From Eledone cirrhosa (taxonomy: Eukaryota), in NCBI GenBank assembly GCA_964016885.1, contig OZ024743.1:126356001-126420000 (forward strand): DNA of 64,000 bases, written 5' to 3'. Shown here piece after piece: positions 26,780 through 40,988 of the stretch (its first letter is position 1; each line of letters starts with the position of its first letter). A program made the translations under genes and the position numbers. The notes beneath the pieces were generated by a model. The model saw only the letters and a program-made list of their open reading frames with translations. It was not told the DNA's origin and did not search any database.

Positions 26780-27365
26780 TAAAATAACAGATTAAAGTTT
26801 AAGCAAAGAATCGCTGCTTTCACCCTTAACGGGATCTTCTGAAACTAACAAAGTCAATCTGTGAACGCAGAAGTGAATATTTCAAAAACGTTGCAACCAG
26901 AGGAAGACAGGAAGATGATACTTTGGTTCGTGGAAACGTTCCCTGGCAAAGAACGGGAAAAAACGAATATAATATGTCATTATTTGGAACGGTGAAAAAC
27001 AATTACACGCAAAGACAAAACCACGTTTATGGTATAAAAGAAGTCGTAGACTAATATTCTATTAGGTGGTTCATAGAGATGTTCTCTGGCAATGAACAGA
27101 AAAAACGAAGATAATACGTCATATGAGGAGCGGGGAGAACAATTGCACGCAAAGACAAAACCACGTAAATGGTATAACTGAAGTCGTAGACTAAAATTCT
27201 AACTAGGAAACCGAATGATTCTCAGCTTCAGAGTTAAGAATAAAGTAAATAAAATACAGAGGTAAAAGAAATTAAATAAATACAAACACGCATCCATATA
27301 CGTACATACACAAGCGTACGCGAAAACACTCGCCATAGGTATACAAATACACGCACGTACACGAA
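26775..27365 (-). mobile_element. Probable PLE-type 3' UTR with degenerate hammerhead and a ~140-bp tandem duplication
   Basis: Minus strand CAGAAGA-TCCC/GTTAA/GGGT-GAAA then AATAAA and (TA)n. Two related copies at 26938-27066 and 27080-27207. The terminal 70 bp match the arms of the 19.5-kb palindrome. Confidence 0.5.
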
Positions 27366-27414
27366 AAAAAAAAAAAAAAAATGATATTACTATATATATA
27401 TATACACACACACA

Positions 27415-27745
27415 CAGTGGAACCTCAGTTCACGAATGCTTCTCATCATGAACAAATCAGTTCATGAACAAGTTTTCTGAACATAACGTCTCGGTGCACG
27501 AACAGTGTCTTGAGTAATGAACACACTAGCCAGAAACAATGGTTGGCAACAAGCTTGAAGTATCGGCGGGAAAGCATCACTTGCTGTGTAGTTAGTTTCT
27601 ATGGTGATAACTATCTCGCTTTCACACACAGTCTCGCTCTTACTGTATTTCTCTCTCAACATTTCATATGGTTTCAGTTTATGAACATTTCGGGTGACGA
27701 ATGACCTTCAGGAATGAATTAAGTTCATGAAGTGAGGTTCCACTG
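27415..27745. mobile_element. pogo/Tigger-type MITE
   Basis: TIRs CAGTGGAACCTCAGTTCACGAA / TTCATGAAGTGAGGTTCCACTG, TA on the right flank, internal ..TCACGAACA-like subrepeats. Confidence 0.85.
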
Positions 27746-27854
27746 TATATATTTATTTTTACTTTCTATTTTTCTATTTTCTATTTTTTACTTTTAACTT
27801 CCCTCCTTAACCCTCCCTTACTCCGCCTCAGAGTTTCTGTTCTCCTCCTATCTG

Positions 27855-27895
27855 AACTTTCCTGATGAAGAACTTCTGTCCGAAACATCAAAACC
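27855..27895 (+). ncRNA. Degenerate minimal hammerhead-like motif (PLE-type tail)
   Basis: CTGATGA-AGAACTTCTGTCC-GAAA-CA-TC. Core boxes are present but stems are weak; the block lies between TA-rich tracts. Confidence 0.4.
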
Positions 27896-28134
27896 TCCTC
27901 CACTTCCACCAAGCGTGAACCTAATATAACTATATAACTGTGTTTTGTTCGTTCATTTTCAACTACATATATATATATGTATATCATCATCATTATCACC
28001 GTTTTACATCCATTCTTCCACGCTAGCATGAGTTGGGCGGGTTGTCCTGTTGAGGGCAGTGCCAGATCGGGTGACTTTGTCTTGCTCATATGGGAACTGA
28101 TTTTGGCTTGATTTCTACAGCTGAATACCCTTCC

Positions 28135-28218
<84 letters not shown>

Positions 28219-28353
28219 GTGTGTGTGTTGTGTGTATGCATATATTATAATGTTGTTGTAAAACATATGGTGGTATATGTTTTATATGTTTTAAACATCT
28301 GATACAGACATCTCTATGTATAGTAGATAATTATATGTATCAACATATATATC

Positions 28354-28421
<68 letters not shown>

Positions 28422-28565
28422 TATATATGTTGATACATACATATAATTATCTAATTCTACTATACATAGAGATGTCTGTATCAGATGTTTAAAACATATA
28501 AAACATATACCACCATATGTTTTACAACAACATTATAATATATGCATACACACAACACACACACA
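28219..28565. repeat. Inverted duplication centred on (TA)n
   Basis: ~140-150 bp arms (GTGTGTTGTGTGTATGCATATATTATAATGTTG... / ...CAACATTATAATATATGCATACACACAACACAC) with two small indels. Confidence 0.92.
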
Positions 28566-30041
28566 GCCATATCATCCTCATCATCATTCAATGTCCATTT
28601 TCTTTGCTCACAAGGGTTAGAGAGGTTGTCACAAATGAAGTCACTACTTAATCAGATCTACTGACCACCCAGATGGGCCGGGAGACATATCTTGCTTACA
28701 TACATTCCCGTACCTTACAGAGTGTATTGGGTACATTTCATCATGTCACGAGCACTAAGGGAGGTTGTCATGCTTTAGGCACAACTGAAGACCCATTGTT
28801 TGGCAAGTTTTCTTTGGCCAGATGCTTTTCCTATCACCAACCATTTTATAGAGTGTACTGGGTGCATTTTATTGTAGCAGCAACACAATGGAGGTTGTTG
28901 TGCCCTTTACACAACTTAAGAGAATGGTGATGCATTAAAAAATGAAACTACAATTAAAGTAGTCCACATAATAGATTGAGTAGTGATGGTACTTTATTTT
29001 ATTGTAAAATTCATCATACATATATATATATAGTCCAATCCATGCAAGCATGAAAAGATGGACATAAAATGTTAGGGAAAGCGGACGTTAAAATGACAAT
29101 GATGATGATGATGATATATACACACACATGATGGGCTTCTTTACAGTTTCCAACTACCATATTCTCTCACAAGGCATTGGTCATCTTGAGGTTATTGTAG
29201 AAGACACTAGTTTCTAACCCAAGGTGCCATGTAATGTGATAGAACCCAAAACCACATGCTTGTGAAGTGAACTTATTAACCACTCAACCATGCCAACGTG
29301 TAACACGAAAATAACCCTCACAATATAACTAACTAATAAATCACCAGAAAAAAACATTTTAAAAAATGTATCTCATATAGAGCCAGCAAGTTCCCTTCAT
29401 ATCAACTGCAGCTATGCATTCTGGTATGTTGCCAAGTGCAACTTAACAAAATTTGGTGAATCATCCTACCCTTAACTTTGTCAGAAGCAATCTTGTTATG
29501 AAAATCAATACATTTGGTTTTCATTTTGCCTCTAAATCCACCAAAAATATATTCCCAGTAACACCCATATAAAATGTTTTTCTCTTATACATTCTATATA
29601 TAATTTTTTTTTCTTTTGTAGCATTATGCACACACACACATGGTATGTGTCCAAGTCAAGCCAAATCCCATATTCTCTTTGCAGAAAAGATATCACATAG
29701 GTATTTGTTTATATTTGTTCAAAGATTTTCAGTGTAGACTAAAATAACATTATGTTTACCTTAATATACATTTATATTTATCCATACATGTCATTAATGT
29801 ACTGAAATTAATAATAATAATGATGATTTCTACTATAGGCACAAGGCTAGCAATTTTTTTTTTTTGGGGGGGGAGGGGGTGATTAAAGCGACCACAATGC
29901 ATTACTGGTGCTATATTTATCAGATTTATCGGCCCCATAAGGATGAAAGGAAAAGCTAACCTCAGCGGGATTTGAACTCAGAACGTAAATGGCCGTAACT
30001 CTATGCTGTGCAGCATGGTGTCTGACTCTCTAGCGATACTG

Positions 30042-30529
30042 CCAATATATATACATGATAGAAATCCACCAATATATATACATGATAGAAATCCACCAAT
30101 ATATATACATGATAGAAATCCACCAATATATATACATGATAGAAATCCACCAATATATATACATGATAGAAATCCACCAATATATATACATGATAGAAAT
30201 CCACCAATATATATACATGATAGAAATCCACCAATATATATACATGATAGAAATCCACCAATATATATACATGATAGAAATCCACCAATATATATATACA
30301 TGATAGAAATCCACCAATATATATATACATGATAGAAATCCACCAATATATATACATGATAGAAATCCACCAATATATATACATGATAGAAATCCACCAA
30401 TATATATATACATGATAGAAATCCACCAATATATATATAGTTGATAGAAATCCACCAATATATATACATGATAGAAATCCACCAATATATATACATGATA
30501 GAAATCCACCAATATATATACATGATAGA
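30042..30529. repeat. 27-bp minisatellite, ~18 copies
   Basis: Unit AATATATATACATGATAGAAATCCACC with occasional extra TA; no unique spacers. Confidence 0.97.
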
Positions 30530-30853
30530 AAAAAATGTGATAGTATAAATATATTAAGTTTATCATAAAAATCTTAACCATAATATTATTATACCATCAT
30601 CATCATGTCAAGTTTTCTTGGAATGTTGATAACTATACAATATATATATATCATCCAAACAACCACAATGAAACATGTATTTGATGGGTATATATACCCA
30701 TTCGGTTTTAGTATTATTTTTAAATGGTCATAGTAATTTATATATAATTAGTACTCGTGTTCACAGCTCCATTCGAGATACTCTATATTTTCTAAGCAAT
30801 TCAACGCATTCAACACTCCAATCTTTATTTACAAAATGTTATTATATGTGTGC

Positions 30854-30889
<36 letters not shown>

Positions 30890-32582
30890 ATCTTCATCAT
30901 CATTTACCATCCATTCTTCCATGGTTAGATGGGTTGTTACAGACCAATGCAGTACTTAATCACGACTACTCTCTTCCTAGATGGGTCAATAAACTATGTC
31001 TTGCTCAATATGTCCTTATTTTAGTGGTATAGTTTCTATGGCTGGATGCCCTTTTAACATCAACTATTTTACAGAGTGTACTGGGTGCATATTATTGTGG
31101 CACTAACATGATATATAAACACACACACACACAATGGATTCTCATGTCAAGAATAGGTTATGAATTTCCAGATGTTCAATGAACTGGATGGCCCACTTAA
31201 TTAGCATGCCAAGTGGCTGAGTATTCCACAGACATATGTACCCACAATGTGACAAGGCTGTACATTTGAATTACAAGTACAATGCATTCAATAAGTCTCT
31301 ACCTCGATTTACTCAATTTTACTCACAAAGCTTGGCTAGCCTTCATTGGAGTCTACTCTATTACACACATTCTGGCCAGGTCACAAGTTTGAGTATACCT
31401 TCCTCCCCCAACCCTCATACCTATGTTTATTGCCTTTCCTCTTCTGACAAAGCCATGTTTTGTTTTGTTTATTCTTGTTTTTATTAATAGGTGTAGACAT
31501 GCATCCGTGGGGTTTAAGCCTCCATGTGTTGTGAGTGGATTTGGTAGATGGAAACTGTACAAAGAAGCTCGTCATTAAAATGCATTAAAAAGAGTTGAAA
31601 AAGAACTCTCCAGTCGTGTCAAAAACATGACAACTTCACTAGTGTTGGTACCACAAAAAACAGTATTCTCTGTAAAGTACAAGAATGTATGTCAATGAGA
31701 TGCAGCCAGCCCCTATCCTGTCTCAGAGGTCAGTAGCTCTGGCTAAGTATCAACTGGGTGTCTGTGATGACCTGTTAGTAGGGAAAATGGACATCAGATG
31801 GACATCAAATGATAATATTGATGATAACAAGAGGGAACCATTTCAGACCATGTATTTGTAAGTATACAATAATTGTTTCTACTTTTGGCACAAGGCCATC
31901 AATTACCCAGTACATTACTGGTACTTTATTTTATCGACCCCGTAAGGATGAAAGGCAAAGTTAACCTCGGCGGGATTTGAACTCAGACTGTAAAGGGACG
32001 TAACTATGCCGGAAAACATGGCGTCCAACCCTCTACCAATACTGCCAATCCACCTCTTGATTTCTAATTTAGGCACAAGGCCAACAATCGATTTTACTAC
32101 TTGACTAATATTTTATTTTATCAATAATGGCAGGATGAAAGTCAAAGTTGACCTTGACAGGATTTGAACTCAGAACATAAAGCACTAAAACAAATACCTT
32201 AAAGCATTTTATCTGACACCCTAATACTTCTTCGTGAAGTTATTACTGAAAACAATAACTAATACTGACAAATTAAAGCATTAATAATACCAAAAAACTA
32301 TTACTGGGTGTACTGACTTATAGATATAATTAAGCTGCAATAATTCTGAAACACTAACATGACTAATGTATACTAATACGGTGAACTAATTAATACTGTG
32401 AACTAATTAAAAAAGATGTATGGTCTCGACTTTATAATAAGATCGTTTAAATAATTTCTAATTACAAGCTCCTGGTTTTCTAATTGCTATTATTTGCCTA
32501 AGCAAGAAGAGTCAATATTATTCAATATATTTACGACTAACAAATTTGCACCATTAATCAAATGGAAATGCTGAAAGTGACA

Positions 32583-32624
<42 letters not shown>

Positions 32625-33228
32625 ATGATGATGATGATGGTGATGGTGGTGGTGATGATGGTGATGATGATGGTGATGGTGGTGGTGACTACTGCTGCTG
32701 CCACCACCACCACCAACATTTGAGACTGGATGGGTTGAAGAACCTCACCATACTCATATTTTTGGCATGGTTTCTACAATTGGATGTCTTTTCTAATGCC
32801 AACCATGATACAGAAAGTTTCATTACAGTTTCCATCTACCAGGTTCACCCATAATGCATTAATCAGCCCTAGGCTACAGTGGAAGACAGGCGCCCAAGAT
32901 GCCACACAGTTATGTCTTCACCTACAGTTTGTTTTTAAATATTGATTAAGCAAGGAAATATTAGAAGAAAAAAAAGGTAATTCCAAAGTTTGTGTAAAAC
33001 ACACAAACATGGCATTGTCTGCTTTGAATTTCAAATACAGTGTTTTTATCTAATTAAATAGAATTAGAAACAAAAAAGAGCCTCCAAATCTTTCTTCTTT
33101 CAAATGTATCTTCTACTGTCACTGGCAGCAGTGGTGGTGGTAGCAGTGCTGCCGCAACTGCCACTACCACCACCACCACCACCACCAAGTATAATCTCAT
33201 GTCTGCTAGATCAAGATTGATATGCATT

Positions 33229-33264
<36 letters not shown>

Positions 33265-33543
33265 CAACAAGCATCTTAAGGCCATTTCCTGGTTAGAGCA
33301 GGAGTTTGCTTTGCATGTCCCATGATAGACCTCATACTCATCATGGAGTCCTTTCTGAAGCAATATTTTACAGCTGGATACCTTCCCTGGTACAAATCCT
33401 TTAAGTTGCTTCCTATGGTATGCAGGAATATACTATATTTATTCTAAACCAGATACATATGAACAACATTACCAAACCTCTCACCATTACTGAGATCACC
33501 ACCACCACCAACAACTCTTCTAAATCTCAAGTTGTATTGCCAT

Positions 33544-33778
33544 TTAACCCTCCTGATACCAACCTACTCAAAATGCCTCCAGTTCTATGAAACAAACCTA
33601 TCCATCTTATTTAAATTAAAACTTTCAAACATAATTTGACATAAGAAACATTTGTTAAATTATGTTACAAATACCATTTTAATAATTATATAATTAATAA
33701 TTTTAGTAAATTCTCCAAATACTTCATTAATTAATTCAGACAGCATATTTCATCAGAAATATGGTCACGGATGGATAA
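33544..33778. mobile_element. Second, decayed piggyBac-like MITE family
   Basis: Starts TTAACCCTCCTGATACC; decayed right end ATGGTCACGGATGGATAA; related reverse fragment at 1-110. Confidence 0.45.
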
Positions 33779-34148
33779 ATAATGTTACTATATTTTCTAT
33801 CCAAAATGCTAACCATATGTCATTTCTTGCAGATTAAGTGGCATATAGTGGCTTCTTTGTTGGTTTAAATTAGTAAATGTACAATAGGTAGGTGGATGAG
33901 ATATTAGAATGGCAGCTAAGGAGTAATAAGTTCAAACTCCCTGCAGGTTTTTTGTGAAGGTACATCAGATATTTGAAGCTAAACAAACTGCTAAAACAAA
34001 AGACCGTGATTTTTTTCTATTTTACTGTTCAATCACGGAAGGAGGAATAGTGCCAATGACACTTTTCAGGGCCTTTGGGAGAGAAAGAGGTAGAAAGGTG
34101 TCTTCAACTAGAGACCTTGTGTGAATGTTTGCAACAGAGTGGATTCTG

Positions 34149-34512
34149 TTAACCCTTTTACATTTAACCCTTTAGCCTTCACATTACTCTATATATACTA
34201 TTGTATTTCACAGTAAAGGATTTATCTCACATAATATTGAATCATACCTTAACATTAGTATCAGTAGCTAGTTATGGTCAGTTTGAACAGAAAGAGGTGT
34301 GAGAACTCTGGCCGGATATTGCCGGTTTAAATGCTAAAGGGTTAAAGCAGCTGTATCCGGCTAGAATTCTTTCACGTCTTTCTGTTCAAACCAACCATAA
34401 CTGGCCACTAGTACTGATGTTAAGGTATTGTTCTCAAAATGAATAATATCAAAATCTCATAGATTCGATATTATGTGAGATAAGGCCTTTACCATGAAAA
34501 TGAAAGGGTTAA
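34149..34512. mobile_element. Nested piggyBac-type MITEs (copy inserted into a copy)
   Basis: Outer TTAA-CCCTTT..AAAGGG-TTAA (34149-34512); inner opposite-orientation copy bounded by TTAA at 34164 and 34342. Confidence 0.8.
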
Positions 34513-37500
34513 AGGCACCCAAAGGCCCGGTGGTGGTGCTAAACTAGTCTAAGTAGATCATAGTGAGTTTTTAATACAGAATGCAAAAAAACTGGAAATA
34601 CTACAAGCCATCTTGTCTGATGCTTTAATAATTCTGTTAATTCATTACCCTAGATTGGAACTTTATTTTATTGACCCCATAAGAATGGAAGGTAAAGTGA
34701 CCTTAGTGGGATTTGAACACAGAGAGCCAGAAAAAAAAACACAAGATATATTGCCCTATATTATAACAACATTGCTAATTCACTGCTTTGTGTATATGTG
34801 CATTTGGTGGGTGGTGGGGACGTTGCATTGAGAGTTTCCAATAGTGTGAGCATTGTGCCATGTAAAGTGAATCAAAAGGCAGGAAATTTGAAAGATTTCC
34901 CATTTTAATAACATAAGTGAAAATTAAAATAGCCATGTCATATATCATGTGCCAATAAAGGAGCCTCAATGCAGTCTCTCTAAATGTTAGAAATAACACC
35001 CAAATCTCCTTCAAATGGCACCCTACCATCTTATGGTAGACTTAACCTGTGACCCATTAAACACTGTTATCTGTACATTGAGCATCTTTTGCAAGCATTG
35101 ATGTCAGGTCTTCAGTCAGAAGTCAATTTCCTCCCCTCCACCAGTCATGGGCACTGACCTTCTCTCCCTGACTAAACAATAAAAATGTTAAAATTTAAAA
35201 GGGGTTTCAGTGTGAGAATGACTTCTGCCCTACTTCTCATCTGATTAGAGACCCCCAAAAGAGTAATTATAAAAGAAAAAAAGAAAGAAAGAGAAAAAAC
35301 ATCAGATAATGCAAACCTAGATACACTGTTTGAATAAAAAGTTAGATGGCTATGGCTGGAATGCCTTGATCATAAGTCTGCTTGATCAGAGCTGACCTGA
35401 AGGCAAAATACATTATGTATGAACACTAAATGAAAGCTATGACATTGAAAGGTTGATGATAATCATTAGAATATAAGTACCATATGTACACATGTATAAG
35501 GTGCTGCTTTCTCCATGAAAGCATGTGAAAAACCAGTATTTGACTTATCTAGATGGGGAGGGTGAGAAAGACAGAGTGAGAAAGACAGAGCCGATGACAG
35601 TGGGAGTTCGGCTCCTCTGTTGTTCAGACCTGGTGTACATGTGTGTGTATTTTTACACTATCGACCCTAATTTACTGTATTTTAAGTACAGTACATTATA
35701 GATAGGGACGTTTTAGAACCAATTTCCCCACTAAAACAGGGATTAGTCTTGCAGGCTCAATGAAAGACTTCATACTCATCATGGGGTCCTTCTTGAGGCA
35801 ATGTTTTATGGCATCAACCCTTGTAGTCACCTCTTATGACATGCAGAGATACAGTTGTACCTATTCTAAACCAGATACATATAGCAGATATGGTACATTG
35901 TAGATGTATGAAAAGGAAGGTTTAACTTATACAGATATATAAAATATATATTCTAGATAATATAATTTTTTTATTTGGTAAATAAGATTGTTTTATGTTT
36001 TAACTTGATCAGACAGTAATATGTTTAAATACATTACAGAATATGTAACTTGGTTCTTCACCTACTATGTACTACTTTCATTGATTGTGAGCTCAAATCC
36101 ATTGCAAGTATTGTTCTCTTGTACATTCCATACTAGAACATACAAGGGAACTAGAAGGAAGGCATCTGTGGTTTCATATACACATACACATGCACACTCA
36201 CATATATATATGTTCACACACACTTACATACACACACATTCACAAACAAACACACACATATTCACATACACGTATTCACTCACATATATACACAGATACA
36301 CTCACATGCATGCACACTGTAAAATGGTTGGTGTTAGGAATGAAAGAGTGAGATGAGGGTCCCTTGACTAGTCAAAGACAACAGTAACTTCAAATAAGAA
36401 TTGACTTGAACCTCAAAGAGCCATCTAACCCATGATAGTATGGAAAACAGAAATAAAATAAGGATTTCTACTATAGGCACAAGGCCAGCAATTTTGGGGG
36501 AGGAGGAAAGTTGCTTAAATCGACCCCAGTGCATTACAGGTACTTTATTTTGTCGACCCCGTAAGGATGAAAAGTAAAGCTAACCTCAATGGGATTTGGA
36601 CTCAGAACGTAAAGCGCCATAACTCTATGCCACTAAGCATGTTGTCCGACGCTCTACCAAAATGATGATCATGATAACACACAAACAATCATGTATCTAC
36701 AGAAAGATGAGAGAAGGGAGAAGAAAGAGAGAGTAAGAGAGGAAGGAAAATCTAGTGATGGATTACTGGGTTTTTCTCTGTCAGTCAAAATAGCCAATGG
36801 TTTAAGTCTTGTTGCTTGTACTGTGCTGTTATACTATTCTGATGGCCTCACATGTAACAAAAGCTCCAGCTGTCACTTCTAACATATGAATTCCTTTTAA
36901 GAAAATTTATGAAACCATAAAGCGCATTTGCTACCTATGTGATTTTATTGCCATGAAAGCTACTTCTAACACATCGACATGACAATTATTTCTATCTATA
37001 ATCAAGATATGTTAAACATATCAAACTTTACCTTACATGCACTAATATATAAATGTCTACTCAATCAGATGTATGACATTAACGTGGCCATATTCTTACA
37101 TTCTTACATACTTTTATTGGCTTCCCTCATTAGTCTGTAAGGAAGCTAATTGACGGAGTTGTTAGGGTATCAAATTGAATGCCTTGATGTGTTCCAGCTC
37201 ATATACTCTGAGCTCAAATCCCCTACAAAGTCAATTTTGCCTTTTATCTTTTTGACAGTTGATAAATAATGTACCAGCCTAGTACTAGAGTCAATTCTTC
37301 TCTCACTTTCTCCAATTTCTGGAAGAAATTGACTATGCTCAGACCTGCAGAAGGATGGACTTCAGCAGGTTTATTATGCCTAAAATATGCTTACAACACC
37401 ATCAAGAGTTGAGGGCCCTTCCCTTTCCTTTTTCTATTAGATTGCTACTTTACTCGAACACCAACTTAAAGGAATTTAGTCAATCATATCAAGTCCAGCA

Positions 37501-37596
37501 CTTATTTTATCAATTTTTTTTTCTTGTCAAACTCCTAGGTTACAGATACAGATTAGACATGCAGGTGAATATATGATGGGCTTCCACAATTTCTAT

Positions 37597-38005
37597 TTAA
37601 CCCTTTAACATTTAAACTGGCCGTATCCGGCCAGAATTCTCACACCTCTTTCTGTTCAAACTGACTATAACCAGCCCCTCATACTGATGTTAAGGTATTG
37701 TTCTTAAAATGAATAACATCAAAATCTCATAGATTCGATATTATGTGAGATAATTATGTAAGATAAAGCCATGAAAATACTATAGTATATATAGAATAAT
37801 TGTTTCTACTTTAGGCACAAGGCCAGCAATTACCCAGTGCATTACTGGTACTTTATTTTATTGACCCCGTAAGGATAAAAGGCAAAGTCAACCTCGGCGG
37901 GATTTGAACTCAGATGGTAAAGGGACGTAACTATGCTGGAAAGCATGGCGTCCGACCCTCTACTGATACTGCCAATCCACAATAATGTAAATGTTAAAGT
38001 GTTAA
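37597..38005. mobile_element. piggyBac-type MITE interrupted by a SINE (~37800-37980)
   Basis: TTAACCCTTT...GTTAAAGTGTTAA; the SINE is flanked by AATAAT on both sides. Confidence 0.75.
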
Positions 38006-38349
38006 CAAATTTCATTTACAAGGCATTGGTCAACTAGAGGCTATAGTAGAAGACATTTGTTCAAGTTGCGATACAGTAAGAGTAAACAAAAAACCAAATG
38101 GTTGCAAAGCAAATGCCTTGAACAGACAGTGATGTCTGCATATACACTTTACATGTAGTCATATATGTCTTCTCAATCAGATGTATAACACCATCTTACA
38201 AAAGTATTTAATAGACGTCCACTAAATACATATATAGATTTTTTTTTGTCATCTGTTACCATGGATTTATATGTCACGGCAGCAAGATATGTAATGATAG
38301 ATACTATGCTTCTAAAGAATAGATTTTTAAATATCAGTAGTATTGACAT

Positions 38350-38516
38350 ATGTAGGCATGGCTTTGTGGTAAAGAAATTTGCTTCATAGGTACAGATGTC
38401 TGGCTTCAATCCTACTATACAGTACTTTAGGCAATTGTCTTCTACTGTAACTTCAAGATAACCAATGCCTTGTGAGTGAAATTTGATAGACAGAAACTGC
38501 ATAGAAGCATGTCGTA
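38350..38516 (+). mobile_element. Third tRNA-derived SINE family (decayed)
   Basis: GGCATGGCTTTGTGGTAAAG..GGCAATTGTCTTCTACT..GCCTTGTGAGTGAAATTTGATAGACAGAAACTG; relatives at 29130-29295(-), 32815-32910(-), 38005-38140(-), 48985-49142(+), 49845-49950(+), 61160-61325(-). Confidence 0.65.
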
Positions 38517-38621
38517 TACACACACACACATGTATATATATACATACATACATAAACATATATATACAAACACACACACATATATATATATATACATACA
38601 TAAACATATATATACAAACAC

Positions 38622-38658
<37 letters not shown>

Positions 38659-38774
38659 AATATATATACATATACACACACATGCATGTACACATATATA
38701 TTTACATACATATAAACACTTATATATTTATATCCACACATATATATACATATTTATGCATATATATCTATATA

Positions 38775-38805
<31 letters not shown>

Positions 38806-38902
38806 TTTATATATACATATAGATACACATATTTATATCTATATCATATATACACACATATTTATATATATACATACTTGCACAATTATATATATTTATA
38901 TA

Positions 38903-39245
38903 TATCATCATCATCATCATTTCATTTTACATCCGCTTTTCCCTGCTTGCAAGGGTGGGACGGGAACTGATTCTGGCTTGATTTCTACAGCTGGATGCCC
39001 TTCCTAACACCAACCTCATTTACAGTGAGTGCTGGGTGCTTTTTTGCCGTGGCACTCCACGACCACTTTGCAGTGGAATGATAGGGACCCCAGTCCCTAT
39101 CATCTCATTTCTACAGCTGAGTAAACTGGAGCAATGTGAAATAAAGTGTCTTGCTCAAGGAAACAACACATCGCCCGGTCTGAGAATTGAACTCACAACC
39201 TTTCGATTGCAAGGCCAATGCTCTAACCACTAAGCCATGTGCCTA
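38903..39245 (-). mobile_element. CORE-like tRNA SINE, full length
   Basis: Near-exact reverse complement of 4296-4641. Confidence 0.88.
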
Positions 39246-39614
39246 CATATATATATATACATATATATATACACAGATCAGTCAATATATCAATATTATC
39301 AACCCTCCAAACCGAACATAAAACTATGAAAAGAATATATAAAATAACTTGGATTTGTTATTATTATCATTGTTAAACTAATATTTAATATCTATATATA
39401 TATACATAAAATGATGATATATATATATGTATAGATATATTTAGATACATATATATATGTATATATATATATAGATACATATATATATATATATATATGT
39501 ATCTATATATATATAGAGATACATATATATAGATACATATATATATATATATATATAGATACATATATATATATAGATACATATATATATATATAGATAC
39601 ATATATATATATAG

Positions 39615-39666
<52 letters not shown>

Positions 39667-40583
39667 AGATCAAAAGATGGTTAAATGAGTTCCATGTATT
39701 TTCATCAGATAAAATAGGAGGACATGATATGAAGGTTAAAAACACTTGTGGATAGTGCAGTTTTAAATCAACATATGAAAAGTAGTTTTAGATTGATGTG
39801 TGATATTGTTGAAAAATATTTTGAGGGGGGGGGGATGAAAAAGAGGAGGAGATGAGAGTAAAAAGTGGAAGGGAGGAGTATAATGAGGAAGGATGAGATA
39901 GGAGGAGAGATGGGTGATAGAGAGAGAGAGATAGCTTTTATAACTGAGAAAAATATATTGTTTTACATAGAGAGGTTGAAAAACCGTTGGAAGATAATGT
40001 ATAAATTAAAAGAATTTGAAAATTAACGAAGAGAAAAATAATGTAAAGTTAAGGTTTGTATATTGAAGGGTTTAATAATATGTGCGATGAAAAGAAATTG
40101 TTAATATGTATTAAGAATAATATTTAAGGGTTTAATAATATGTGCGATGGAAGGAAAATGTTAATATGTATTAAGAATAATATTTAAGGGTTTAATAATA
40201 TGTGCGATTGAAAGAAAATGTTGATATGTACTATTAAAAAAACAGAAGTAATGTAAGTAAGGATATATTGTGAGATGAGCATGAATAAGTTAGATGAAAG
40301 TGAGAAAAAAATAATGAATAGAGGATGAATAATCTAACGTCAAAAAAAATGTTTATGTTTACGAAGGATTTTTTCAAGGTGATATAAAGTAAGAATATAG
40401 TGTATTGTGTAATAATTGTTTCTATGTTAGGCACAGTGAGAAAAGGTACAGATTAGGGGTTAGAAATTACAAGAAAAAGAAAAGAAAAGGAAAAGGAAAA
40501 AAGGGAAGTGATGAATAGGAGTGATATAGAATATAATAAATAACTTTGAAATAAGGTAGAAAGATGGGTATATTTTTAAAGAA

Positions 40584-40633
<50 letters not shown>

Positions 40634-40988
40634 CTTTGAGAAGAGGATTCTGGAATTTATGCAAGCAGATAGAAAACAAGTCAGTGCGTCTATTTATTAT
40701 AGAATCTAAATTAGATATAATGGTAAATGTTTCATTTAGATAGAGATTGCAAGTCTTGGATAGAGAACTGTTCAAGTATGAAGAAGCAGAGGAAACCTTT
40801 TCCCAAGAGATGTTATATTTAATATTTTTGTCTTTCAAGGACCATATGAGTTCTGAGAGAGCCGTGTTGGTTCTTTTAAGTTTATATTTAAAAGACGAAT
40901 GATGATTATAAAGACGAGCTTTAAAGGAGGTGGAAGTGGAGCCAAAATAGGTGAAGGAATTGGTGTCAGTTATAACTTTACATTCGTA

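Noticed and set aside
30042-30529. CRISPR-like array and its long repetitive ORFs
   Set aside because: Head-to-tail 27-bp units with no unique spacers and no cas genes, in a eukaryotic context; the ORFs merely reflect the 27-nt period.
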